A DNA stretch of 23,855 bases from Candidatus Calditenuaceae archaeon HR02 (GTDB lineage Archaea > Thermoproteota > Nitrososphaeria_A > Caldarchaeales > Calditenuaceae), in assembly GCA_002898395.1 (NCBI GenBank), contig BEHE01000021.1, positions 1 through 23,855 of the forward strand. The letters run 5' to 3'. Positions 1 to 7,899 of this stretch are shown in pieces. Made by a program: the position numbers and the translations under genes. Each line of letters begins with the position of its first letter. The stretch's first letter is position 1. The notes under the pieces are model-generated. The model ran no database searches. It was not told the origin of the DNA and was given only the letters and a program-made list of their open reading frames with translations.

Positions 1-133
1 CTTTAACATCAACAGACTGGCATTCTCGCCAGTCATGTCCTTAAATAAAACAGCCGGCCTCTCTTGGGTTTCCTAAATGTTGTTGGGATGGTTGTCCGCT
101 GGCTTCCGCCGGCTAACCCCTCCCCCATTTTTC
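1..133 (+). repeat. Copy 1 (left-truncated) of a dispersed non-coding hairpin element
   Basis: 1-99 is the exact reverse complement of 6354-6452. Similarity continues with a 10-bp tandem duplication (95-104 TCCGCTGGCT, 105-114 TCCGCCGGCT) and CCCCCATTTTTC versus CCCCCATCTTTC. Confidence 0.93.
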
Positions 134-146
134 TTAGTTTTGTGTT
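130..146 (+). repeat. 17-bp repeat TTTCTTAGTTTTGTGTT, copy 1
   Basis: Exact reverse complement of 6919-6935. Confidence 0.75.
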
Positions 147-364
147 TCCAATATGTTAAAGTGAGAACAGTAACATAGATTAAATCTTAACGTGGATTCA
201 ACAAGCTTGGGAGATGAAGCTGAGGCCGACAACCCTCATATTGGCAATTGAGACGACCGACCCACACCTATGTTAAAACTGCTGACATCAAGCCCTCTTG
301 GCCTATCCACGCCCCCAGCTACAGAAAGGGTGCCTACAGGATTTTAGTATGCCTAGCTCCCACC

Positions 365-400
365 TACACTGAATGCTTTACAGTGTAAAAATATTTTTAG
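365..400 (+). promoter_or_regulatory. Putative promoter/operator of the HTH gene, with overlapping palindromes
   Basis: TACACTG-N9-CAGTGTA (365-387), TTTACA-G-TGTAAA (377-389) and TAAAAATATTTTTA (386-399). The AT-rich tract ends about 22 bp before ATG 422. Confidence 0.45.
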
Positions 401-421
401 ACGGAGCCCACTCCTCAAGGC

Positions 422-1147
422 ATGCCGAGTAGGGTGGAGCAGCTAGTCCCAGCCCTAAGGGCGGCGCTGGCCGTCAGGCTCGTAGATAAGTATGGGTTGA
501 AGAAGAGCCATGTTGCCAAGGCCCTCGGGGTCAGCCCAGCCGCAATTACCCAGTATGTCGCCGGGTCTCGTGGGGTCCGCCTCTCAACTGGAGGCATCTC
601 TGTAGTGGAGATAGACGCACTTGCTGATCGTATCGCCAGAAAGATCTCCCTAGGCATGATTGACTCGGCCTCAACCGAGTTTACAGTCTTCCTCAACCAG
701 CTGATAGCACCGCGCATGCCTCAGGAGTTCAGAGCGGGGGCCGGGATAGATACCTCTGTTATTAAGTCCCTGATGGACCGCATCACACTGGAGGAGGAGG
801 CTGCAAAGCGAGCCCTCGAGCTTTCGACCAGTGCCAACTCACAGCTCTCGAAAATGGTCTTGAAGCAGATGGCCGTCGACAGTATGAGGCACGCTGACAT
901 CCTGGCGACACTCATCCACATAATCGAGAATAATGAGGACGTCAGCCTAACCAAGGACGATCTCGCACTCATAGCCGAGATGTCCAGGTTTGAGAGTAAG
1001 GCGGAGGAGCAGAGGCTCGCCGAAATACCGCTGGGAGAGATGAAGCCCGTCATCAAGGCTCTCCTAACCTCGATCGACATGGACGAGGAGAAACACGAGA
1101 TGCTCCTGAAGATCATCGTAGGTGAAGAAGATAAATTAGGCGATTAG
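422..1147 (+). CDS. Transcriptional regulator: N-terminal XRE-like HTH fused to a ferritin/rubrerythrin-like four-helix domain
   Basis: HTH: GLKKSHVAKALGVSPAAITQYVAGSRG. C-terminal helix pairs carry LEEEAA...DSMRH and FESKAEE...DEEKH, resembling carboxylate/His metal-ligand motifs. Confidence 0.75.
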   Translation: MPSRVEQLVPALRAALAVRLVDKYGLKKSHVAKALGVSPAAITQYVAGSRGVRLSTGGISVVEIDALADRIARKISLGMIDSASTEFTVFLNQLIAPRMPQEFRAGAGIDTSVIKSLMDRITLEEEAAKRALELSTSANSQLSKMVLKQMAVDSMRHADILATLIHIIENNEDVSLTKDDLALIAEMSRFESKAEEQRLAEIPLGEMKPVIKALLTSIDMDEEKHEMLLKIIVGEEDKLGD

Positions 1148-1167
1148 GATCGTGTGTCTAGGGGTCT

Positions 1168-1677
1168 TTGGACAGGCTTTGGTCTCCATGGCGGATGGAG
1201 TACATCCAGAGGGCCGCTAAGAGTAGTGGCTGTATTTTCTGTGAAAAGCCGCGAGAACGCAGGGACCGCTCAAACCTCATACTCGCTAGGGGCAGATATT
1301 GTTTCGTCATGCTTAACGCCTATCCCTACAACTCTGGGCACCTCATGATAGCCCCCTATCGCCACGTAGGCCAGCCCACCCTTCTCAGGGAGGCTGAGTT
1401 CGTAGAGATATTCCGCCTCCTCAGAACCTTCCTGACCGCATTAGACAAGGCATACTCCCCGTCGGGCTACAACATTGGAATGAACGTGGGGAGGGCTTCA
1501 GGCGCGGGGATTCCAGGCCACATTCACCTACACGTAGTGCCCCGTTGGACAGGCGACACAAACTTCATGCCCGTAATATCAGACACCAAGGTCCTACCAG
1601 AGACGCTCGACCAGACCTATGAGAAAATCTACTCTACCCTCCACGACTCCGTAAAATCTAGGTTAGTAAACCAGTAG
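1168..1677 (+). CDS. HIT family hydrolase (Ap4A hydrolase/phosphorylase, FHIT-like)
   Basis: LWSPWRMEYI, CIFC, NAYPYNSGHLM, histidine triad HIHLHVVPRW, GDTNFMP. TTG start. Confidence 0.92.
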   Translation: MDRLWSPWRMEYIQRAAKSSGCIFCEKPRERRDRSNLILARGRYCFVMLNAYPYNSGHLMIAPYRHVGQPTLLREAEFVEIFRLLRTFLTALDKAYSPSGYNIGMNVGRASGAGIPGHIHLHVVPRWTGDTNFMPVISDTKVLPETLDQTYEKIYSTLHDSVKSRLVNQ

Positions 1678-1683
1678 TGGGCT

Positions 1684-2736
1684 TTAGAGGATATTCTCGC
1701 CGCAAGAAGCCGCCGGAACCTCGACGTTGCTGGTTTGTGCCCGAGCAAGTCTTTCTCTTGCCTCAATGTAGTAGGGTGACGTAGGGTTTGCCAGTAAAAC
1801 TACCTTGCTGACTTCGTCGTGGGTTGCGTAGACATATCCAGTTAGGCGGGCGAGCTCTTGGCTGAATTCCATAAGGTCCTCGATTGAAGGCATGTGTTCT
1901 TTCCTGAGCCGTTTCTGTGACTCTCCAACATGGACATAGCCCTTACACTCTACGAAGTCGGGCTTAGCGGTCCTGATCGCCTCAGCATACTTCTCGGGGG
2001 ATTTTAGGTTAAGATACTTGACGAGTGTTAGCCTGATTACTTTTCTACACTTGAACCGCGGCATGATGCTGAGGCTTCTCCAGACCCTCTCCCAGCTATC
2101 AGGTATCAGCGGCTTGTTGACGCTTAGGTGGGTCTCCTTGTCAGGCCCGTAGAAACTGATGTAGAGATTAGTGGGCTCCGCATCCTTCTCCAAGAGCTCC
2201 TGCAACCTCTCAGGCATCGTCCCATTCGTGACTAGGAAGGTAGTCATGCCGTGGCTCCGAGCAAGCTTGATAAACTCTGCTAGGTAGGGGTAGATGGTTG
2301 GCTCGCCGTCCAAGCTTATAGCGATATTCGTCGGCGTCATAGCCTCTATAAACTTTCTTCTCTCGACGAGTGGATTACCTTTGAATCCTGAGAGGAGCTG
2401 TCTCTGCTCCCTAATCATTGCGTCGAGGAGGGCTTCTGGTGGGTCCCACTCGCCCAAGTAGGGCTGTCCCCGGTTTATCGTGTGGAACCTCCAGCAGAAG
2501 ACGCAGGCCATGTTACAATACTGGAGGCTGGGGGTCATCTGGAGGCATCTATGACTCTCAACGCCGTACCAGGACTTGTAGCAGGACTTTCCACCTCTAA
2601 GGGCCGACTTGGTCCAGTGGCAGATCTTCACCGCGCTATGCCTGCCAACCAGCCGATACCCGCTACGAATGAATTTCTCAACCCCCCTAACCTCCAGCCT
2701 AACTATCCTCCTCGGCTCAGAAAGCTTCTCAGCCAT
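1684..2736 (-). CDS. taw1: 4-demethylwyosine synthase (radical SAM tRNA modification enzyme, TYW1/Taw1)
   Basis: HSAVKICHWTK, CYKSWYGVESHRCLQMTP, CNMACVFCWR (CxxxCxxC), SLDGEPT, FLVTNG. Confidence 0.95.
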   Translation of the reverse strand: MAEKLSEPRRIVRLEVRGVEKFIRSGYRLVGRHSAVKICHWTKSALRGGKSCYKSWYGVESHRCLQMTPSLQYCNMACVFCWRFHTINRGQPYLGEWDPPEALLDAMIREQRQLLSGFKGNPLVERRKFIEAMTPTNIAISLDGEPTIYPYLAEFIKLARSHGMTTFLVTNGTMPERLQELLEKDAEPTNLYISFYGPDKETHLSVNKPLIPDSWERVWRSLSIMPRFKCRKVIRLTLVKYLNLKSPEKYAEAIRTAKPDFVECKGYVHVGESQKRLRKEHMPSIEDLMEFSQELARLTGYVYATHDEVSKVVLLANPTSPYYIEARERLARAQTSNVEVPAASCGENIL

Positions 2737-2765
2737 CGCTAATAGTCAACTTGCGTGGAAGCGGG

Positions 2766-2813
2766 ATTTAAGCTTGGAGGAAGAGCACACAGCCATGTAG
2801 ATTAGATATAAAG
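2766..2813. promoter_or_regulatory. Divergent TATA-like boxes for taw1 and lysC
   Basis: TTAAAT on the minus strand (2766-2771), about 30 bp before taw1 ATG. ATATAAA near 2807-2813, upstream of lysC ATG 2849. Confidence 0.4.
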
Positions 2814-2848
2814 CGTGGACAATACATCTGAGCAGCGCCTCATAGGGC

Positions 2849-4243
2849 ATGCGGCTTGTCTTCAAGTTCGGGGGGACCTCGCTAGGAGACGGCGAGCGTA
2901 TCAGGAACGCTTGCAATATTGTCCGCACATATCACAGGCGGGGGGACAAAATAGTTGTAGTCTGCTCAGCAATGGGGGATACGACTGATATTCTACTCGA
3001 ACTGATGGAATCTGCCGCTAGAGGAGAGAGGGGGAAGCTTGATGACGGCCTCGAGAGGCTCAGGTCCGCCCACATAGCTGCCGTAGAGTACGCAGTAGAT
3101 GGGGATGGCTTGAGAAATGAGGCTCTGACAGTGATTGAAAAGCGGCTGAATGACCTCACCTACATCCTATCAAGCATCTACTTCCTCCGCGAAGTCACCC
3201 CCAGGAGCAGGGACCTAGTATTATCCTTCGGCGAAAGACTGTCAACATGGACTTTCACATGCACGCTCCGCGGGCTAGGAATCGCCGCCAAGTATCTCGA
3301 GGGTGGCGACGCCGGCATAATTACCGACTCGGACTTCGGATATGCCACACCACTCATGGAAGAGACGCTTAACAACATCAAGAATACGATACTGCCACTG
3401 CTTAGTCAGGGCGTTGTCCCAGTAGTTACAGGGTTTATCGGGCGTACACGCGACGGGGCCATCACTACGCTGGGGAGGGGAGGGTCCGACTTCACAGCAA
3501 CGCTACTCGGAAGCGGTATCAAGGCGGACGAGGTTGTGCTATGGAGTGATGTTGATGGACTGCTTACCGCAGACCCCAAAATAGTCAGGGATGCTAAGGT
3601 TATTCCCCAGCTATCTTACGAGGAAGCGCTCGAGATGGCTGTCTTTGGGGCCAAAGGACTCCATCCCCGCGCAATAGAGGCTGCGCAAAATGGGGGAGTA
3701 AAGATCCGCATAAAGAACACCTTCAACCCCTCCGCTCCAGGAACACTCATCACGGACCGAAGCCTAAGCACCGACTCCATAGTCAAGGGAGTGCTCCTAG
3801 TGAGGGACGTCGCCATGATTACTGTTAAGGGTGCATCGGCGGTTGGAAAGCCGGGCAGCGCCGCCCGAATACTTCAGAGCATATCCAGCCGAGGAATAAA
3901 TGTGATGATGATTTCGCAGAGCGTCTCCGAGTCAAGCATATCACTTATAGTCAGGCGCGAGTCTGCAGACTTGGCTCTGGAGGCGATTAGGGAGTCGAGT
4001 CCGCCTGGCGTAATCAGAGGGATTGAGTGTGAGAAGGATGTGGTGGTGGTTGCAGTTGTTGGTGAGGGGATGAAGGGGACGCCAGGTGTAGCTAGCAGGG
4101 TCTTCGGTGCGGTGGCTCGGAGGGGGGTAAATGTAAGAATGATAGCACAGGGCAGCTCAGAGCTCAACATCTCCTTCGTAGTCAAAGAGGCGGATGGTGT
4201 AGAGGCGGTCCGCGCAATACATGAAGACTACGGACTAGGCTGA
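2849..4243 (+). CDS. lysC: Aspartate kinase with two C-terminal ACT domains
   Basis: KFGGTS, VVCSAMGDTTD, SFGERLS, TTLGRGGSDFTA, DVDGLLTADP, and ACT repeats (VVGEGMKGTPGVASRVF...QGSSELNISFVV). Confidence 0.95.
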   Translation: MRLVFKFGGTSLGDGERIRNACNIVRTYHRRGDKIVVVCSAMGDTTDILLELMESAARGERGKLDDGLERLRSAHIAAVEYAVDGDGLRNEALTVIEKRLNDLTYILSSIYFLREVTPRSRDLVLSFGERLSTWTFTCTLRGLGIAAKYLEGGDAGIITDSDFGYATPLMEETLNNIKNTILPLLSQGVVPVVTGFIGRTRDGAITTLGRGGSDFTATLLGSGIKADEVVLWSDVDGLLTADPKIVRDAKVIPQLSYEEALEMAVFGAKGLHPRAIEAAQNGGVKIRIKNTFNPSAPGTLITDRSLSTDSIVKGVLLVRDVAMITVKGASAVGKPGSAARILQSISSRGINVMMISQSVSESSISLIVRRESADLALEAIRESSPPGVIRGIECEKDVVVVAVVGEGMKGTPGVASRVFGAVARRGVNVRMIAQGSSELNISFVVKEADGVEAVRAIHEDYGLG

Positions 4244-4262
4244 GACTCGCCGCCCATTGACA

Positions 4263-5504
4263 TTAGGTCTCTAACGTTGCAAGCCCTCTCGATATTAGAT
4301 AAACAGCAGCATATACCGGAAGCTCAGTCGAGCGTGGCTCAACTACCTCGTCAAACTCCTCGCCTCCAAGCCTGAAGGCGGGTGAGTAGGCAATCCTCAC
4401 CCTCACCCTCCTGCCGCGAGGAAGGACGACACACTCAGTGAGCGGGTCGAAATCATCCAGCATCTCCAATGGAACCCGCCTGGCGAGGAGCCCTGTCTTT
4501 CCATTCAGCGTACCCGAGAGCCTCAACAGCCTGTGAATATCTGTGGTGACTACAGGGTCTATCCTAAGGGCTTCCTGTCTAATCGCCTCTTCGATAAGAG
4601 TTGTCCAGAATCCAAGCGGGGCCACGCCCCATTCAGGTTCTGTGGACCAAGACTCTCTAACATCTTCGGCTAGGTCGCCGTATTTTGCGAGGCCGTGGAC
4701 TACATCCGGCCTCTGCAGTATTGAGTAAATCCTTCTGACTATCCTGCCGCGCCACCCAGGTTGTTGGAGCATAGGCGGCGGCAGAAGGTCAAGCCTAGGC
4801 CTCCCCCGCCCCTCACGCCTCCAAGGTAGCCCCAAGAGCCCTGGAACAAGCCCCACACACGTCAAATACCCTACTAAATCTTTGCGGGCCATCTGGTCGA
4901 GGGAAAGGTGGTCTGGCGAGTAGGCCACTATGTGATATCCCCTGTTCCCCGAAAAGCCAACCTCAACCTCCTCCTCACCCACGCCCAACTCCTCAACAAG
5001 TATATCGACAAGCCTCACCGCCTCAGCCTTAGCCGCGCCAAGACAAGTGTCGCAGACCCACTCAACCTCCCTGCCAACCGAGCCGCATCTAGGACATGTC
5101 TTGGCCCCCGCTTCGAGGAGCCCGTGAACAATACAGACCCTATAAACATGTTGCGATACGCACGGCACGTCCAGATGGTCGGCGTCGATGTCGAAGATCA
5201 GGTCTGCAGCCGTCCAGCCTTTCTCCTCCATGGGCGCCGAGGGATACTGGTAATAGGCGGCTGAGCGATAGGCATGTAGCGGGGCGACTCTCGCCACCTC
5301 AGACCTGACCTCTTCAGAAGACCTGAAAGACAGGTGCCTAATCATCTCGCCCCTCTCAAACGACCAGTATCCGAACTCCCTCGCCTCAGGTTTTGGGGGC
5401 GGTGAGATCAGGTTGGCGTTTTCCCTGTAAAAATCTTTGAAAACCTGCCTCACAAAGGCCGACGATCGGTCGACTATAGCCGACAACCCTGAGAGAACAA
5501 GCAA
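4263..5504 (-). CDS. priS: DNA primase catalytic (small) subunit, with Cys/His-rich Zn-binding insert
   Basis: AREFG, HAYRSAAYY, DLIFDIDADHL, FSGNRGYH, IDPVVTTDIHRLLRLSGTLNGKTG. Exact start uncertain. Confidence 0.93.
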   Translation of the reverse strand: MLVLSGLSAIVDRSSAFVRQVFKDFYRENANLISPPPKPEAREFGYWSFERGEMIRHLSFRSSEEVRSEVARVAPLHAYRSAAYYQYPSAPMEEKGWTAADLIFDIDADHLDVPCVSQHVYRVCIVHGLLEAGAKTCPRCGSVGREVEWVCDTCLGAAKAEAVRLVDILVEELGVGEEEVEVGFSGNRGYHIVAYSPDHLSLDQMARKDLVGYLTCVGLVPGLLGLPWRREGRGRPRLDLLPPPMLQQPGWRGRIVRRIYSILQRPDVVHGLAKYGDLAEDVRESWSTEPEWGVAPLGFWTTLIEEAIRQEALRIDPVVTTDIHRLLRLSGTLNGKTGLLARRVPLEMLDDFDPLTECVVLPRGRRVRVRIAYSPAFRLGGEEFDEVVEPRSTELPVYAAVYLISRGLATLET

Positions 5505-5520
5505 GCCTGCAGAATAAAAA

Positions 5521-6195
5521 TTAGGCCTGGTGGCCTAGGCGGGTCAAGATTCTCTGCCAGTCAAGTCGCGTAACGATATAGGCAAGGCACATAGCTGCTA
5601 TTGCGCTTGAAACAGCAAGTATGATGGCTGACTCCGGGTGGAGTCCCGCTGGTCCGCACTCAACCAACATACAGGCCAAACCCGTCCAATACAAAGCTGT
5701 ATACGCGATGACCGAGGTTATGAATAGCTTCCCAGCGAAGACAAGCGGCCAGAAATACGCATTACGATATCCACCCACAGCTATTAGAAGGTAAACAACA
5801 TCATCCGGCACAGGCGTGGCGGCGGTCAATAGTATTGCTATCCAGCCATATTTTTTGATGAGCTTTTCAAGGGGGGCGAGCCTCTCGAGCGACTCCCTAC
5901 TCAGAAGCCTTCTACCACCCTTGAAGACGTTGAAGAGTATGAGCTTACCTGAGGCCGCGCCAGCAGCACTTATGAGTGCTGTGGGAATTGGGTCAAGCCT
6001 CCCCGCTATAATTCCGATGAGTATCGGCGGGATGTATGGTCCTGAGACGAAGGGCAGCATGCTGCCCAAGAAGCTCGCGGAAAAAACACCCGCGTATCCG
6101 AGCATGGCCAGACTAGTCCAGAACTCGGGGTCAAAAAGGCTCAAACACTTATGAACGGCCTGTCCAGACCAATATTTACTGTTATCCCTTACCAC
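5521..6195 (-). CDS. DedA/VTT (SNARE-associated) family membrane protein
   Basis: Hydrophobic helices; GYAGVFSASFLGSMLPF, KKYGWIAILLTAATPVPDD, FAGK. True start is probably downstream of 6195. Confidence 0.8.
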   Translation of the reverse strand: MVRDNSKYWSGQAVHKCLSLFDPEFWTSLAMLGYAGVFSASFLGSMLPFVSGPYIPPILIGIIAGRLDPIPTALISAAGAASGKLILFNVFKGGRRLLSRESLERLAPLEKLIKKYGWIAILLTAATPVPDDVVYLLIAVGGYRNAYFWPLVFAGKLFITSVIAYTALYWTGLACMLVECGPAGLHPESAIILAVSSAIAAMCLAYIVTRLDWQRILTRLGHQA

Positions 6196-6332
6196 TACTA
6201 CCTTATTCAGAGAGTTGACGGGCGAAGAACCATCAGTTGCGAGAAGGCTCTCTAAGCGGGGCTGAGGAGGATCGGCTTAAAACATTCAATACCATCTGAC
6301 AACCACAGTGAAGGATTAAACACCCAAAGGAT

Positions 6333-6520
6333 GGAAAGATGGGGGTTTAGCCGGCGGACAACCATCCCAACAACATTTAGGAAACCCAAGAGAGGCCGGC
6401 TGTTTTATTTAAGGACATGACTGGCGAGAATGCCAGTCTGTTGATGTTAAAGACATACCGGCCCCTTGGGTTTTATCCCTGCTGCTGGGCCGCAACGTCC
6501 GCCGGCCTCCATGTCTCCCC
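6333..6520 (-). repeat. Copy 2 (complete) of the hairpin element; candidate structured ncRNA or MITE/REP-like element
   Basis: Nested stems on the minus strand: GGCCGGCGGACG/UGUCCGCCGGCU, CCCAGCAGCA/UGUUGUUGGG, AAACCCAAG/CUUGGGUUU, GGGCCGGU/GCCGGCCU, and apical GACUGGC-AUUCUC-GCCAGUC. 99 bp identical to 1-99, inverted. Confidence 0.85.
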
Positions 6521-6918
6521 TCGGAACACCAGCCAGACTCTCATCAACACATCCCCCTGTTCTCTTGCTCTCGACTTATATTTACTAATTACCGCTATCG
6601 CAGGTCTTTCTAATGCTTCACATGCCTCACGTCCATACCTCTTACTATTCGACCGTTCTCGATACAGCCTCAAATATCAACGAACCCTTCATAGCACAAC
6701 TAAAGCCTCCCCAACCAATACATGATTATCACCTGTTTATTATAGGGAGAGGCCAATCAAGGTAAGACTACTCCCCAGACACCCTTAAAGTAAGGCTTGA
6801 AAATGTGAGCCTCAGATACTACCCAGCCGCGGGAAGCGGTGCATACAATAAGGGATTTAAATACTGCTCAAAACACCAACAATACATAAACACAGAACAG
6901 GCTAGATGCCATAGATGC

Positions 6919-6935
6919 AACACAAAACTAAGAAA
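6919..6935 (-). repeat. 17-bp repeat, copy 2
   Basis: AACACAAAACTAAGAAA is the reverse complement of 130-146. Confidence 0.75.
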
Positions 6936-6969
6936 CAAGTCAAGAAGATAAGGGGGCTGAAGAGAGGCT

Positions 6970-7899
6970 ATGGGCCTCTACAATCCGTGTGGTGTTAGGG
7001 CTGGAGCCTGTTTCCGAGAGGTCTATTCGTTTAGACGGCAGCCCTATCCATTGTTTACCAGTGAGGTTGCGGTTGACCTGCTGTCCGCGGCAGAGAGGGG
7101 TGGGGGGGTAGTAGAGACCACCATTGACCTGTGGAGGAGTCGGGAGAAGGTGGAAGTGTCTGGGGGAGGCGTGATGGTTAGGGGTGAGGCCGTCCCTGTA
7201 GAGGATTTTAGAAGGGTTGCCAGGGATGAGAGGTCTGTATACGCGCTGGTCTCGGGAGAGTTAAGGAAGGTTGAGGTGAGGGCAGAGCACTTCTATAAGC
7301 TGGTTAAGAGTGGGGTAGGGCACGCCCCCACCTTGGAGATTGACGGTATACACATGCATAGGGTTAAGGACGTTTACCCCGAGGAGGATGCATATCTGAA
7401 GGTGAAAAACGCCTCTAGCAGGTTGAGGAACAGTGTCGTCTTGGATACCTGTACGGGTCTTGGGTACACGGCGATCTGGGCTGCAAAGCTGGGGGCCTCA
7501 ACGATCATAACAGTGGAGAAGGACGTGAATGTGCTCAAAATCGCGGAAATCAATCCATGGTCATGGGAGCTTGATTCTGGGAATATAACAATTGTGAATG
7601 ACGATACCTCGCGGCTGATATACAGCCTCCCGGAGGAGGCCTTCCACGTAGTTATCCACGACCCGCCCAGGTTCTCTCTAGCGGGTGAGCTATACTCAGG
7701 CGAATTCTACGCCGAACTCTTCAGGATCCTCAGGCCTGGGGGGATTCTGATCCACTATGTTGGGCAGCCTGGTGCGAGGTCTAGAGGTCTAAGACTATAT
7801 AGGGGCGTGGTGGAGAGGCTCCGGGCAGCCGGCTTCGAGGCTAGGTGGAGTCAAGAGCAAAGAATAGTCGTAGCCTACAAGCGGAGGGGTGCTCCGTGA
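6970..7899 (+). CDS. Class I SAM-dependent methyltransferase (archaeal COG2521-like)
   Basis: PTLEIDGIHMHR, VLDTCTGLGYTAI (motif I), VEKD, NPWS, HDPPRFSLAGELYS. Confidence 0.85.
   Translation: MGLYNPCGVRAGACFREVYSFRRQPYPLFTSEVAVDLLSAAERGGGVVETTIDLWRSREKVEVSGGGVMVRGEAVPVEDFRRVARDERSVYALVSGELRKVEVRAEHFYKLVKSGVGHAPTLEIDGIHMHRVKDVYPEEDAYLKVKNASSRLRNSVVLDTCTGLGYTAIWAAKLGASTIITVEKDVNVLKIAEINPWSWELDSGNITIVNDDTSRLIYSLPEEAFHVVIHDPPRFSLAGELYSGEFYAELFRILRPGGILIHYVGQPGARSRGLRLYRGVVERLRAAGFEARWSQEQRIVVAYKRRGAP

Noticed and set aside
1-161. CTTTAACAT (1-9) and ATGTTAAAG (153-161) as terminal inverted repeats of a MITE
   Set aside because: Copy 2 shows that base 1 lies in the middle of the element, and copy 2 has no exact partner 9-mer at the equivalent place.
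6333-6520. Hairpin as SRP RNA, RNase P RNA, tRNA or CRISPR repeat
   Set aside because: No SRP helix-8 motif, no GAGGAAAGUCC, no cloverleaf, and no regular repeat-spacer periodicity.
6417-6725. Short ORFs 6417-6725 (+) and 6473-6673 (-)
   Set aside because: No recognisable motifs, and both overlap the non-coding repeat. A small peptide cannot be fully excluded.
6196-6969. Replication origin in the long intergenic region
   Set aside because: No convincing ORB repeats (TCCA..GAAA...GGGG) and no cdc6/orc1 in the window. GGAAACCCAAG is explained by the hairpin stem.
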